From Chiloscyllium plagiosum (Eukaryota), in contig NC_057718.1 in the NCBI RefSeq assembly GCF_004010195.1, positions 85,822,283 through 85,886,282 of the forward strand: a stretch of 64,000 bases of DNA, in the 5' to 3' direction. How positions within the stretch are numbered: the first letter of the stretch is position 1; each line of letters starts with the position of its first letter. The notes beneath the pieces are model-generated. The model had not been told where the DNA came from and did no database searches. It saw nothing but the letters and a program-made list of their open reading frames with translations. The position numbers and the translations under genes were made by a program. Of the stretch, positions 12,648 to 25,475 are shown one piece after another.

Positions 12648-13789
12648 TTTGACAATCAATTAGTCTAAAACCAAATCTGGAAATAAAAAGAAGCCACCAG
12701 TCAAAATGGTTACAAAGTTGCCAGATCATAAAACAAACTGGTCCACGAATGCCCTTTAGTGAAGGAAACCGGCCATCCTTACTTAGTCTGCAACTTCAGT
12801 CACACACTGACACGGTTGACTCTTAGCCTGACTTAGTCCAGTTAGCCACTCATTAGGGGAGGAACATTCACATTCAGAAGATTTTAGAAAACTAATAAGA
12901 ATATAGCTAGGCAGGTGAAAACAAGACAGAATGCCTTAGAATCCTTACATGGTATCATCATTCTTTCAAAAATTACATTCTTCGATTGTACAATTTACTA
13001 GGAAACAATGTGACTGACTCTGAATGCATTAGGAGATTGGAACTGGACTCCTTTCCCTCGTTGCAGGAATGGTCGTGGATGATGCATTTTTCTTAATTTG
13101 TTTCTCTCTTCACTCTTTCGCCAGCATGGGACTGGCCTCCTGATTTCTTTCTCCCAATGGAGAGCAGTTTGCTAGTGCGCCTGCCTTTGATACTGAAGCA
13201 GTTGTTCACAGGAACTGGGCCAGGATCGGATGAAAGTCTGGCAATTACTCAGTTCAGACAGGCTCACTGAAATATCGAGCACGTATTTCAGGTTAGCAAC
13301 GCTTACTTTTTGTTCTGCAATTTATCTTGCATCTTTTATATGGAGGTTGAGATCCACAGTTACTCTGTGCTATTTGTAGCATTTTGAATCATGGCCCTTT
13401 TGTTCAACATCACCAGCAGTCAAGGCTGCAAGTTTATATCAAACTGAAAGTATTTTCTTGACATCAGAATGTTGACCATGGAGTAGCTAAGTGGGTTTCC
13501 AAGGCAAGCATTCTTCTTTGAGGGCAGTCTCGTTTTAAACTGTGCAGTGCTTTACTCAGTACTCAGAGTTGCATTTTATTAAATGCCACCATTTCGTAAA
13601 GCTCCTATATCCTGGTGCATCTTGGTGAAATGTGATTGCACTCATCTGCTGCATCTGAGTGGAATTTAGTGCAATTGACAAATCTGGAGAGATCCTGAAA
13701 ATGTAGCTGAGATAATTTTCATTAAATCCTCAGTCTCCCTCCAAGTCAGCATCAGACGATGAGTTTATCATTAGTGTCAGCCTGGGACT

Positions 13790-13955
13790 GTGCACCCCAT
13801 CTCCTTCTGTGTACTGTGTTCAAGCCCCACTGGAGTATATGATCTGGGCCAACACTCCCATTGCAGTACTGAAGGAGTGCTGCACTGCCAGAGATGCTGT
13901 CTTTCAAATGATGCGTTGAGCCAAGGTTGAGTCTGCATTCACGTGGATTTAAAGC
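13790..13955 (+). mobile_element. DeuSINE/SacSINE1-like fragment
   Basis: gcagtactgaaggagtgctgcactgccagagatgctgtctttc matches my recollection of the Deu domain. Confidence 0.55.
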
Positions 13956-15091
13956 CCCTCAGCCTCTGAGGTGGATGCCCTGTTCAGCTTCTGTGACTCC
14001 CAAAAGCTTCTAAATCTATCAGGAGGAGAGAGAAAAAGTGTCTTCGGCAGTAGTACTTTGCTTCCTCATTTTCCACCGTCCACTGTCTCTATAGAGCCGT
14101 ACGCAAAGAGGGAAGAGAATGTTTTTTTGCCCAGAGATGATGACGTGGATAAAGAACCTACTGGTTGAAAGAAACCCTCAGCACCCTGCACAAAATAGAG
14201 AGACTTGCATCTGCAGTAACCCACTGGCTCGGTCAGTACTTTGGCTGACAGATACAATGTAGCACATATTTGCAAATTGCATTTGTTCTGCTAGTCTGTG
14301 CTGTAAATTCCTACCATTGTCTGAAAAGAGGGAATGGGGGGCCAAAGGAGGAGGAGAAAGATGGGGGGGAATGCTCCATGCTTTCTGAGCACCCCCATCC
14401 TACAAAAAGTCATGAGTTGATTGGGAGCTGTGCCTATTTTTGCAACTTGGGTTCCAAACATTCTTTTAAAAAAAAAACCAAGTCCAAACAGGCTGTCATG
14501 AAACAGCTGTCTAGTGACTGTGTGTGTCAAAACATACACCTCAGGCACTCTGCTGTTTAGTATCAGGGGTCTTCATTTCCTGATGTTATCTCCCCATCGG
14601 AGCATTACATCAGAAAAGGCTTTGCAAATAGATAAAGGCACTCTCCCTGCCTGAAGATTACCTCTGCAACCTGACACTCGGAGCTGGCGCGATGCAGAAA
14701 TTCACTCCAACTCGTATTAACGGAAATCAGAAAGATTTTGCAACACCCTTTTGGCCCATTGAGTGGGACTGGAGGACCCCGCCCCAGCCCCAGAATAAAG
14801 CTCGATCAGTAACAATTCCCAAGGGTACTCTGAACTCGTTTCGAGTAAAGCCTTACTGTTTTCAAACCAAAACTAATCACATACAGTTAGAGAGCGATAG
14901 TCAACCTCCCAGCGGTATCACAATATATCGGGGAAATTTAAAAACCAGAGATTGGAGAAAATCATGAGGAGACATGGAATTACCACAGAATCAGTGGCTT
15001 GTCGCCCGGAGTTGATCAGAGACTGCAGTTAACAACCACAAAAACCTGTAGTTTAATATTTAGTTTGCTCAGAAGGCTCTAGAAGAAAATT

Positions 15092-15232
15092 GGTAAAAAC
15101 AATGACTGCAGATGCTGGAAACCAGAGTCTAGATTAGTGGTGCTGGAAAAGCACAGTTCAGGATGCTGCCTGAACTGCTGTGCTTTTTGTGGGGTGGATG
15201 TCTGTAACATTTTCCAGCACCACTCTAATCTG
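15092..15232. mobile_element. Mini-Penelope-like palindromic remnant (hammerhead region deleted)
   Basis: gtaaaaacaatgactgcagatgctggaaaccag tail plus inverted agattagtggtgctggaaaa / ttttccagcaccactctaatct. Confidence 0.65.
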
Positions 15233-16029
15233 GAAGTACTTTGAGTTTTTGCCCTCCCCCCTACCTTTATTCGGAGTGCTACCCACCCGAGACACACCAT
15301 ACTCCACTCAGCCGCAGAAATCATTGTCCTAATGGAGTTAGTGCCTCTTAAATCTCCCGCAATGATTAGTTACAATTCACCGGAACATCTTATTCATGAG
15401 GCGAAGCTCAACTCGGTGCACTCTAAGACGCGCGTCCCCTTTAAATGTGTAGGGGAATTTGCAAAAATGGACAGAAATGTTTGGGGCAGGTTTGTCAGTG
15501 TGTGCTGCGTGTATAACCGTGGGTACGCATATGATGTACAGGTCTGAATGTGATGTGAATGTTTGATGTGTGTGTAGATGGGTCAGTTTCACATCGTCGG
15601 TTACAACATAATCACTCCCCCCCCCCAGCAAGACAGCACTTTGTAACGCCTACCTTATCAGCTTTCCTCTATATTGCCTCCCCGTGCCCAAACCCCTTCA
15701 AGCCATCCATTAGCACTTGGAGGGGCTAGTCTCTGAGCAATTCCCGGCACCGAGCGGTCCCTGCAGGTGGGGACCGCAGAATCAGACTGCAGCATTCTGC
15801 CTTCCATCAGGAACATCTTTGCATCAGACTGCCCTGTTCAGAGAACTCGAATCTCCCAGCCCGGAAAAAAAACGAGCACCTTCCACACCAACCTGCCCTG
15901 TGTACCTCACATCCACTGCTGCTCCATTCTGCAGAAATCTCCCAGTGATACAGCCTATCCATCAGCACCGTGCCAATAACTGAGGATGTGCGAGAGAGTG
16001 CATATATCTGTGTGCATATCCATACACAC

Positions 16030-16712
16030 CGTCATAGAATCAAGCTGCACAGAAAACGACCCTTCAGTCCAACTCCTCCATGCCGACCCGACATCATCCC
16101 ATTTACCAGCATTTGGCCCATGTCTCTCTAAACCCCTTCTATTCATAAACCCATCCAGATGCCTTTTAAATGTTGTAACTGTACCAGCCTCCACCACTTC
16201 CTCTGGCAGCTAGTTCTGACACCACCCTCAGTGAAAAAACGTTACCCCTCAGGTCATTTTTTAAATCTTTCCCCTCTCACCTTAAAACCTGTGTGCTCTA
16301 GTTTTGGATTCCCCCACCCTAGGAAAAAAGACCTTGGGCTATTTACCCTATCCATGCTCATGATTTTACAGACATCTATAAGGTCATCCCTCAGCCTCTG
16401 ATGCTCCAAAGAAAAAAGCCCCAGCCTATAAAGTCTCCCCCCATAACTCAAACCCTTCAATCCTTGCAATATCCTTGTAAATCTTTCCTACACCATCTCA
16501 AGTTTAACAACATCCTTCCTATAGCAGGGTGACCAGAACTGTATGCAGTTTTCCCAAAAGTGGCCTAACCAATGTCCTGTACAACCGCAACATGACCTCC
16601 CAACTACATAATGTTCTGACCAGTGAAGGCAAGAGGACTAAACACCACCTTCACCACCCTGTCTACGTGTGACTCCACTTTCAAGGAACTAAGTACCTAC
16701 AAGGCAAGATAC
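16030..16712 (-). mobile_element. CR1 LINE 3' fragment
   Basis: GLKGLSYGGRLYRLGLFSLE...VRGERFKK; VEAGTVTTFKRHLD. Confidence 0.85.
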
Positions 16713-17134
16713 CTACAATGCATATATGTGTGCTTTTTTCATTTTTGTCCAGATACATATGTCTACATATCAATAGATTTATACTCTCAGCTGAGTGTTT
16801 TTGAACAATATGATTGTGTAGGTGTGTATGATGTATGTGTTGAAGAATGTGTAGTGCATGTGGGTAACTATCAATATCTGCATGTGTGTAAAAGTGTGTG
16901 TTACAATGTGCATGTGTGGTCAACCCACAGAAAGTACCTCAAAGCATTGAAGGTACATGAGTTTCACAGGTTTGTCCAAATCCAGTAGCAAGGAGCCCAG
17001 TCCAATGGCACAGTGCTCTCAATCCAGCATAGAGGCACTAATCACAAAAAACCCCCCAGCTCCACTTGACTGGATCCCTGATAAGTCTCCTGAGGCTTTA
17101 TGGACCAGGGCAGGTAATAGCAAATTCACCATAG

Positions 17135-17322
17135 CTCCAGAAGACCACAGGATTGACTACATGAGAGGGACAAACAGACGATTTACAGGTCACCATACCA
17201 CAGGCAAGGGGACAGGCTGAGAAGGAGATTCCTTCATGGTAACCTCAAACAGTGTGGGAATTGAACTCCCGCTGTTAGCATTTGGCTACATAAACTAGCT
17301 ATCCAGCCAACTGAGCTAACAG
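17135..17322 (-). mobile_element. tRNA-derived SINE (family also at 53842-54010 + and 54890-55085 -)
   Basis: Minus strand begins gttagctcagttggctggatagc...gagttcaattccc (A/B boxes); three homologous copies in the window. Confidence 0.6.
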
Positions 17323-18033
17323 CCCATGTTTAACGGCAAGACTCTCTCAGGGGAATAGCAGATACTCTTATAGGGATAGTTTCAAAGAATCCCTGAAGTG
17401 AAACATTTGGCAATTTATTGGAGACCCTGGCCGTGATGGATCAAACTGGATAAGGTTTATTCAGGAAGACACTCAACACGTTGAGACACATTAGGATCAC
17501 ACAGAAGCTAAGCCGAAGAGCCAGAGGAACTGCACAAACTGGCAAATAGCTCACCTACCCAGCCTTCTCAACACCATCTCTCTGCACATAACACAGGACG
17601 CCAATTACAGCTGGACTGCCCATTCACTGGAGAACCCATTAAGCTGGAGTAGAAATGTCTCATCCTCACGGCTCAGGGTCTGCCTAAGGCAGCAATTTCG
17701 AGAGTGATTGTGTGTGTGTAAAAAAGTGTATGTTTGCGAGACAGCACGCATGACAGTGTGTTAATGTAAACCTATGAGAATGTAAATGATTTGTGAATGG
17801 GAATGTGTGTGTGTATATGGGTGGGGAGTGGAGAGAGAGACAGAGAGCAAGAGAATGTGTATAGAGTAGGTGTGTGGGAGAGACAATATTTGTGGGAAAG
17901 TTGTATCAGATGGCTTGTGTACGAGTGAGAGATTGCTTGTGGGAGAGTGCTTGAGTGTGTGTGTCGTTAGTTTATGAATACTCGTGGGAGAACGTATAAC
18001 AGAGCGTACGTGAGGGAATGTAGGAAAAAACGT

Positions 18034-18284
18034 GTGTGTGGAAGACTGCGAGTGAACATAAGAGTATATGGGCGAGAGTGGTGTGTGATTGTGTGCATGT
18101 GACAGAACACAGTGTACTTGCGTGTACTAGGGGAGTATAAGCCTGCCTGTGTGTGTCTGTGTGTGGAAGACTGCGAGTGAACATAAGAGTATATGGGCGA
18201 GAGTGGTGTGTGATTGTGTGCATGTGACAGAACAGTGTACTTGCGTGTACTAGGGGAGTATAAGCCTGCCTGTGTGTGTCTGTG
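18034..18284. repeat. Recent tandem duplication, 2 x about 125 bp, in a GT-rich tract
   Basis: ggaagactgcgagtgaacataagag at 18040 and 18165; copies differ by a 2-nt indel. Confidence 0.9.
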
Positions 18285-18656
18285 GGAGACAATTATTTTC
18301 CCCATTAGGTTAACGCTAACATTAGGTTTATGTCGCTTGTGTGTACATGCTATAAGCAGCGTAACAACTGCCTGGCACAGTATAACTCGGGTATTAGTGC
18401 AACGAGTGACTGCTTTCAATATAAGGAAAGCAGCCTGAAAAGCGGTGCAGTGAAAATATCACCTTTCAATGGATTCAGAAAACTTGTCATTCTCAAGTGG
18501 ACAATCTTCGCCGAGCTGCTCGTCCAGAGATACCACATAAAACGCCAAACAGAAACCTACAAGTTTAACCTAATCCAATTCTCCTCGCGTTCTGGCCCAT
18601 CTCAATGCTAAAACAGGGAAAGCACTCCTGAGAGAGAGGCGAATTACAGACCTTAC

Positions 18657-18900
18657 CTCGGTTTGGGGAATCACAATCCGAGTTGCAACGGTGCGAGTGA
18701 TTCCCTTGGCGAAACATCGGCGTAAATCCCCGTGCGAACCGGACCCTCCGTGCAATCTTACTTTCTCAGTGAAGGCGTTTTCCATTCACCACTCTGCAAC
18801 ACAGGCGAGCCGGGCAAAGAGCACAGCTCTCAAAACACATTGGCTACTGCAGCGTTTCCCTCCGGTAAAACTATCTCCACGAAGCCACCGTGCTCACACA
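18657..18900 (-). other. Candidate first exon in a CpG-enriched region
   Basis: Strong donor CGAG|GTAAGG at 18657/18656, many CpGs at 18440-18920, and a 43-codon ORF (MENAFTEKV...PQTE) running in phase 0 to the donor. Confidence 0.35.
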
Positions 18901-19504
18901 AAAAAAAAAGAGTCCCGCATGACTTGGGTTAGATTGTACTGTAAACAAGAATAATTACTCCCACCCCCACACAGTACAGATAGCAGTGGCCCATGGGTCT
19001 GAACACCGACTCCTTATGTAGCTGTGAAATTTCCCATTTAAATTAATTTGGGCTCTGGTCAAGGTTAACAGAATTACTATGAGGGGTTTGCGTCAGGCAG
19101 CGACAGAGGAAGAAAACACGTTCTCCCATTGCAACGAAAGCTCACGCATCTGCAGATACTCAGCTGACTTTCCAAACTACTGCAGTACAAGTCAGCAGAG
19201 ATGTTGGCCAAAGTCAGATACAAAAGGTGACACGGGCAGATTTTGTGTTTTTTTTTTATATATTGCTCTCTTTCATTTGGTGTTAGGACTTTGGTTTAGA
19301 CCGCCCATCTGCTGTTCAATTAAATCTCCACCAAACCTGCCTCTAAGTTTATGACTCGGAGCACTTAACCTAAGATCAAAATCTATCTAACTCAGCCTTG
19401 AAACCTCCAACTGATCGTATGCACACGCAAGTCGAGGGATTTTCCACCACACTTTATGTAATAGAGAATGAAGGCTCCTTGAAGGGAAGTTTTAAGATTA
19501 CATT

Positions 19505-19850
19505 CTGACTCAGAATGTTGGTCACCCCAGAGACTTGAGCAAATGAGCTAGTGTGATACCGTGCAGACACAGGAAAGCCGCATTACTACAGGCAACCACT
19601 TTCAGATGCCTCATTGAATTGCATGAAATACTCACATGACAATGCTCAAAGAAAAGCAAATGAGCTCGCTCTGACTAATATTCATTTCTCAATCAGCTTT
19701 GCTGAAAAGGATCATTATATCGTTGTTGTTTCTGGGAGTTTGCTATGCACAAATTGCCCATTGCATCTCTAAATTAAAACAGTAACCACGATTCAGAAGG
19801 AAGTACTACATCATTGGCTGTGAAGCTCTTTGGGATATGAAATGCACAAT
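19505..19850 (+). mobile_element. Old DeuSINE/SacSINE1-like element
   Basis: tgtttctgggagtttgctatgcacaaattg...cattggctgtgaagctctttgggat 3' region. Confidence 0.45.
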
Positions 19851-20419
19851 TTAAATTCTTGTTGCAAATCCTCTCTTTGATTAATTTTGCTTGCATGAAA
19901 TCTGACCTTTAATAAATGTAAGATTTGGCTCTTTAGAAACAGAATTCTTCACGACTTCCTCACTCTTGCCTTTTATAAGTAATAACCATCCTTTTTAATC
20001 AGCTGATTAAAATTTCTTGTTTATGCGTTTTTTTTGGATGGGTTGGAATAATTAGAACAGCCCTGAATGATCTACAAAACACTGACTTTGCATTCCTTTT
20101 CATCAATTTGTTTAATTGCATTCATCAGTAGAATGTGTTCGTAGACGAAATGATGCTACGCGCCATTGCCTTGAGAATTCCTAAACTCCTCAAATAGAGT
20201 TCAATTTATTTTAGAGTGACAGAGGACGAGTTTACCAAATAACTTTAAAGGTTGTACATTTACTTTACAGTGGTATCCAGACAGGCTCCAATGCTTGAGT
20301 TCACTTCAGATTTGACTGCCCTTCATTCATTTTAGGTTTTTGTCCTGTTCTGGCTTCTTGCCTTTTCTCCTTTCCTCCTATAGTTCACCATGCTGACATA
20401 ACTCAGCATTTCCTGGGGC

Positions 20420-20660
20420 AACAAGTGATCAGCACTGCTGCTTCACCGTGCAGGGGCCTGGGTTCAATTCCACTTTTGGGTGACTGTTTGTGTGGGTTTT
20501 GCGTGTCTGCATGGGTGTCTTCTGGCTTTCTCCTAGAATCCAAAGATATATAGGTTCGGTGGATTAACTGTGGGAAATGCAAGGTCTGGGTGGGATGTTC
20601 TTTGTTGGGTAGATGTGGACTCAATGGCCAGCTTCCACATTATATGCATTCTATGATTCT
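20420..20660 (+). mobile_element. HE1-type V-SINE (degenerate)
   Basis: agcactgctgcttcac...gggttcaattcc...gtctgcatgggt; tail attctatgattct. Confidence 0.7.
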
Positions 20661-21259
20661 TCTTCACTCCTTCTGTGTCAGATAGTTTGGGCCTGAGGAA
20701 TGGAAGCATATCAATTGGAAAGGTTGGAATAATTAGTTTTGATTTTGATTCCCTGGAGATGTAGGTGCAGTGGTAGTTTTAAAGAAAAACACTCACAAGC
20801 ATCACTGGCTGGCCAGCATTTATTGCCCATCTCTCATTGCCCTTGAGAAGGTGGTGATGAGCTGCCCTCTTGAACCATTGCAGTCCATGTGCTGTATGGC
20901 AGACCCAGAATGCCCTGAGGGGGGAAGTCCCATGATTTTCACCCAAGGACACTAACGGAACAGTGACACATTTCCAAGTAAGAATGATGATTGTCATGGA
21001 AGGGAACTTGCAGGTTATGGTATTCCCATGTGTCTCCTGCCCTTGTCCATCTGGATTGAAGCAGTCATGGTTTGGATTGTACTGTCTAAGGATATTGGGC
21101 AAATTTCTGCTGTACATACTGCGGCTACTGAGCGATGGAGGTGGAGGAAGTGGATACTTTCACCACACCAGTAATTAGGGTCCCAGGCTAATGTTTTAAC
21201 TTTCAACACAGAGGTTCAAGTCCTGCATGGTAGTTGGTGGAATTTAGATTCAATTAATG

Positions 21260-22858
21260 TTGTGGTTCTGTTCGCCGAGCTGGGAATTTGTATTACAGAC
21301 GTTTCGTCCCCGGTCTAGTTGACATCCTCAGTGCTTGGGAGCCTCCTGTGTAGCTCTTCTGTGATGTTTCCTCCGGCATTTATAGTGATTTGTACCTGCC
21401 GCTTCCGGTTGTCAGTTCCGCAGTGGCCGGTATATTGGGTCCAGGTCGATGTGCTTATTGATTGAATCTGTAGATGAGTGCCACGCCTCTAGGAATTCCC
21501 TGGCTGTTCTCTGTTTGTCTTGTCCTATAATAGTAGTGTTGTCCCAGTTGAACTCATGTTGCTTGTCACCTGCGTGTGTGGCTAGCTGGTCATGTCGTTT
21601 CGTGGCTAGTTGGTGTTCATGGATGCGGACCATTAGCTGTCTTCCTGTTTGTCCTATGTAGTGTTTTGTGCAGTCCTTGCATGGGATTTTGTACACTACA
21701 TTGGTTTTGCTCATGCTGGGTATCGGGTCCTTCGTCCTGGTGAGTTGTTGTCTGAGGGTGGCTGTTGGTCTGTGTGCTGTTATAAGTCCTCGTGGTTGCA
21801 GTAGTCTGGCTGTCAGTTCAGAAATGTTTTTGATGTATGGTAGTGTGGCTAGTCCTTTGGGTTGTGGCATATCCTCATTCCGTTGTCTTTCCCTTAGGCA
21901 TCTGTTGATGAAATTGCGGGAGTATCCATTTTTGGCAAATATATTGTATAGGTGTTCTTCTTCCTCTTTTTGCAGTTCTGGTGTACTGCAGTGTGTTGTG
22001 GCCCTTTTAAACAGTGTCTTGATGCAACTTCTTTTGTGTGTGTTGGGATGGTTGCTTTCGTAGTTCAGGACTTGGTCTGTGTGTGTGGCTTTCCTGTATA
22101 CCTTAGTGGTGAATTCTCCGTTTGGTGTTCTCTGTACCATCACGTCTAGGAATGGGAGTTGGTTGTCCTTTTNNNNNNNNNNNNNNNNNNNNNNNNNNNN
22201 NNNNNNNNNNNNNNNNNNNNNNNNNNNNNNNNNNNNNNNNNNNNNNNNNNNNNNNNNNNNNNNNNNNNNNNNNNNNNNNNNNNNNNNNNNNNNNNNNNNN
22301 NNNNNNNNNNNNNNNNNNNNNNNNNNNNNNNNNNNNNNNNNNNNNNNNNNNNNNNNNNNNNNNNNNNNNNNNNNNNNNNNNNNNNNNNNNNNNNNNNNNN
22401 NNNNNNNNNNNNNNNNNNNNNNNNNNNNNNNNNNNNNNNNNNNNNNNNNNNNNNNNNNNNNNNNNNNNNNNNNNNNNNNNNNNNNNNNNNNNNNNNNNNN
22501 NNNNNNNNNNNNNNNNNNNNNNNNNNNNNNNNNNNNNNNNNNNNNNNNNNNNNNNNNNNNNNNNNNNNNNNNNNNNNNNNNNNNNNNNNNNNNNNNNNNN
22601 NNNNNNNNNNNNNNNNNNNNNNNNNNNNNNNNNNNNNNNNNNNNNNNNNNNNNNNNNNNNNNNNNNNNNNNCAGAAGTGGCAGGTATAAACCACTACAAA
22701 TGCCGGAGGAAACATCACAGAAGCGCTACACAGGAGGCTCCCAAGCACTGAGGATGTCACCTAGACAGGGGACGAAACGTCTGCAACACAAATTCCCAGC
22801 TCGGCGAACAGAACCACAGCAATGAGTACCCGAGCTACAAATCTTCTCCCAAACTTTG
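21260..22858. mobile_element. Penelope-like element with inverted pseudo-LTRs; left arm encodes RT C-terminus + GIY-YIG endonuclease on the - strand
   Basis: ORF 21412-22143(-): VYRKATHTDQVLNYESNHP...VVYKIPCKDCTKHYIGQTGRQL.VRIHEH...REFLEAWHS. Inverted pLTR 22672-22858 with a ~35-nt tail. TSD agattcaattaatg (21246-21259 / 22859-22872). Confidence 0.92.
22745..22784 (+). ncRNA. Minimal hammerhead ribozyme in the Penelope pLTR (mirror copy on - strand at 21295-21334)
   Basis: gca-CTGAGGA-t-GTC a CCT agac AGG g GAC-GAAAC-GTC-tgc. Confidence 0.75.
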
Positions 22859-22913
22859 AGATTCAATTAATGAATCAGGAATATAGTACTGTAACTACTG
22901 GACATCTGCCTAC

Positions 22914-23430
22914 AAACAGAAAATGCTGAGAGAAACTCAGCAGGTCTGGCAGCATCTGTGTAGAAAGTGAAACAGAGTTAACGTTTTGAGTCTGAAATGA
23001 CTTCTTCAGAACTGGAAAGGTTGGAAAGTGGTGTTTTTGACTTCTGTAGATGGAGGGGAAGAGAAGAGAGTGGAACAGATTGTGAGAATGTCCAGAGCAA
23101 AAGACATAGGAATTGCTAATGGTAATGAATCAGAGATACAGCTATAAAATGAGTGTAAATGAGAGACACGAAAAGGAGAATATTAGGCTGCTGTGCAGAG
23201 AGAAACGTCAAACAAGACCTGGCTGTGGGAAAGGGGAAGTGTAAGTAAAACAGAGGTGATGTTCTGAAGTTATTTAGGCACTAGCTCCTCCTTACAGAAT
23301 AAAACCTACTATTTTCCCACTACTTTCAGTTCTGGATAAGTCATATTGGATTCAAAATAGTAATTATTTCTCTGCATAGATGCTGCAACACTTGCTGAGT
23401 TTCTCCAGCACTTTGTTTTCTTTCCAGATT
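22914..23430. mobile_element. Old mini-Penelope-like element with inverted arms around a purine-rich spacer
   Basis: aaacagaaaatgctgagagaaactcagcaggtctggcagcatctg ... agatgctgcaacacttgctgagtttctccagcactttg. Confidence 0.6.
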
Positions 23431-24064
23431 TTATTATGCCTTCAGGGCTGAAGTCGGTGGATGTGGTTGGTTTGGCCTACACTTGACTCTAATCCCACAT
23501 TACATATCATTCATGAAGGGATTGCAACATGATGTGATGGGAAGTCTTGTGTATCCCTTTGACTCTATAATTTGGATTGGTAAAAGCAGCAGACCTTTCT
23601 GTGGGTGTTATTGGATGAGAGGCAGGGAACTGTGAATCAAACTAATAAACCACCCAATTTAAAACAATTTTTTTTTTCAACAATGAGCACACCTAGAGGC
23701 AAAACAAACATGTTCCATACTTTCATATATAATCAGCAGATGTGGACAACTGTTTGCAAAGTGAGCTAATAGTCCAGCAACATCTTGATGTGGAAAGATA
23801 ACAAATGGGAGAAATGCGTTGCCAATGTGACTAACTCATGACACAATTGATTTAATTTGGTGGAAAAAACATTTAGGGATGACCCAAAGAATACTTGGTA
23901 TCTAAAAGAACAAATACGTTTCAATGTTGAGGACAAGTTACATGACTATATATTCTTGCCCAGTGTATATTTAATTGTTGACATGTGAATAGACAAGAGC
24001 ACTTGGCATATGAATATGTGTTCTAAAGAATGGTCACTGGACCCAAAATGTTAACTCTGCTTTA

Positions 24065-24505
24065 AGACCATAAGATATAAGAGCAGAAATTAGGCCGTTC
24101 AGCCCATCGAGTCTGCTCCATCATTCAATCATGACTGATAGGTTTTTCAAACCAATTTTTCTGCTTTCTCCTCATAACCTTTGGCAATCAAGAACCTATC
24201 TCTCTCTGTTTTAAATCTGCTCAATGACCTGGCTCCACAGCCTTCTGTGGCAATGAATTCCACAGATTCACCACTCTCTGGCTGAAGAGGTTTCTTCACA
24301 TCTCCATTCTAAAAAGTCTTCCTTTTACACTAAGGCTGTGTCCTCAGGTCCTCATCTCTCCTGCCAATGGAAAAGTCTTCCCGATGTCCACTCTGTCCAG
24401 GCTGTTCAGTATTCTGTAAGTTTCAATCAGATCCCCCCTCATCCTTCTAAACACCATCAAATACAGTCCCAGAGTCCTCAAATGTTCCTCAAATGTTAAG
24501 CCTTT
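24065..24505 (-). mobile_element. CR1 LINE 3' fragment
   Basis: MKGLTFEEHLRTLGLY...RRMRGDLIETYRIL. Confidence 0.8.
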
Positions 24506-24508
24506 CAT

Positions 24509-24540
<32 letters not shown>

Positions 24541-25475
24541 CGCGTGTATGTGGCAGCATTTGTGTGCACAGCAAGATCCCACAATGCATCTAAATAACAG
24601 CCAACCTGACACTTCCTGACTGTTGAGAAGAAAATAGAATAATTGACTAGAAACCTTCGTTCTGGTTTCCTTTTGACAGTTACTGTCCAATTTGCTGAGG
24701 AATGCTAGTGTTTTCTGAGCCTGAGAAAGTTTGCTGACCGTGATGGCTCATCCTTCTGAACCCATTCTGCCTCAGTCTGGTCTCGCCCAAACTCTTTGGC
24801 CTTTATGATTTTGCTTTTGATCAAAACAATGGGACTGAAAAAAGTCTTCCTCTGCAACAAGACCATTTCTAATCATTTACATCTCCTTTTCCTCTGTACA
24901 ATAGTCTTTCTGTCCCCCCCCCAATCATTTACCTTCTCTGTTTTGGAGGAAATACTCCTTTAACTTGTCATTGATGTCACCTCTGGCCTTTCAGTGCCCG
25001 TAGTCTCAGTCTAAGACAAACCAGGACGAGACTTATACAGTCAGTAGTAGGGCTTTGGGTAATGTTGTTGAACAGAGGTGCATTGTTCTTTAAAAATTGT
25101 ATCACAGGTTGACAGGTTGGTGAAGAAGGCGTTTAGCATATTTGCCTTCATTGACCAGAGTATTGAGTATTGAGTATAGGAGTTGGGATGTCATGTTGCA
25201 TTTGTACAGGATATTGATGAGGCCTCATTTGGAGTACTGTATACAGTGTCCAGAGGTGTAGAGAGGAAAGGATTGCAAAGGTGATTCTGGATAGGAGCGA
25301 GAGTAACAGGGCGGTTATTATGGGGGCCTTAACTTACCAAATATTGACTGGGAATACTACAGTTCAAGTACTTGAGACGGGTCAGTTTTTGTCCAATGTG
25401 TGCAGTAGGATTTCCTGACACAGTATGTAGACAGGCCAACAAGAGGCAAAGTCACATTGGATTTGGTACTGGGAA

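Noticed and set aside
13125..13291. Possible + strand exon (tctttcgccag ... ttcag|gttagc)
   Set aside because: No clear coding frame; splice-like signals alone are insufficient.
22079..22825. Long ORFs spanning N runs (also 10272-10887 and 48059-49392)
   Set aside because: Artefacts of assembly gaps.
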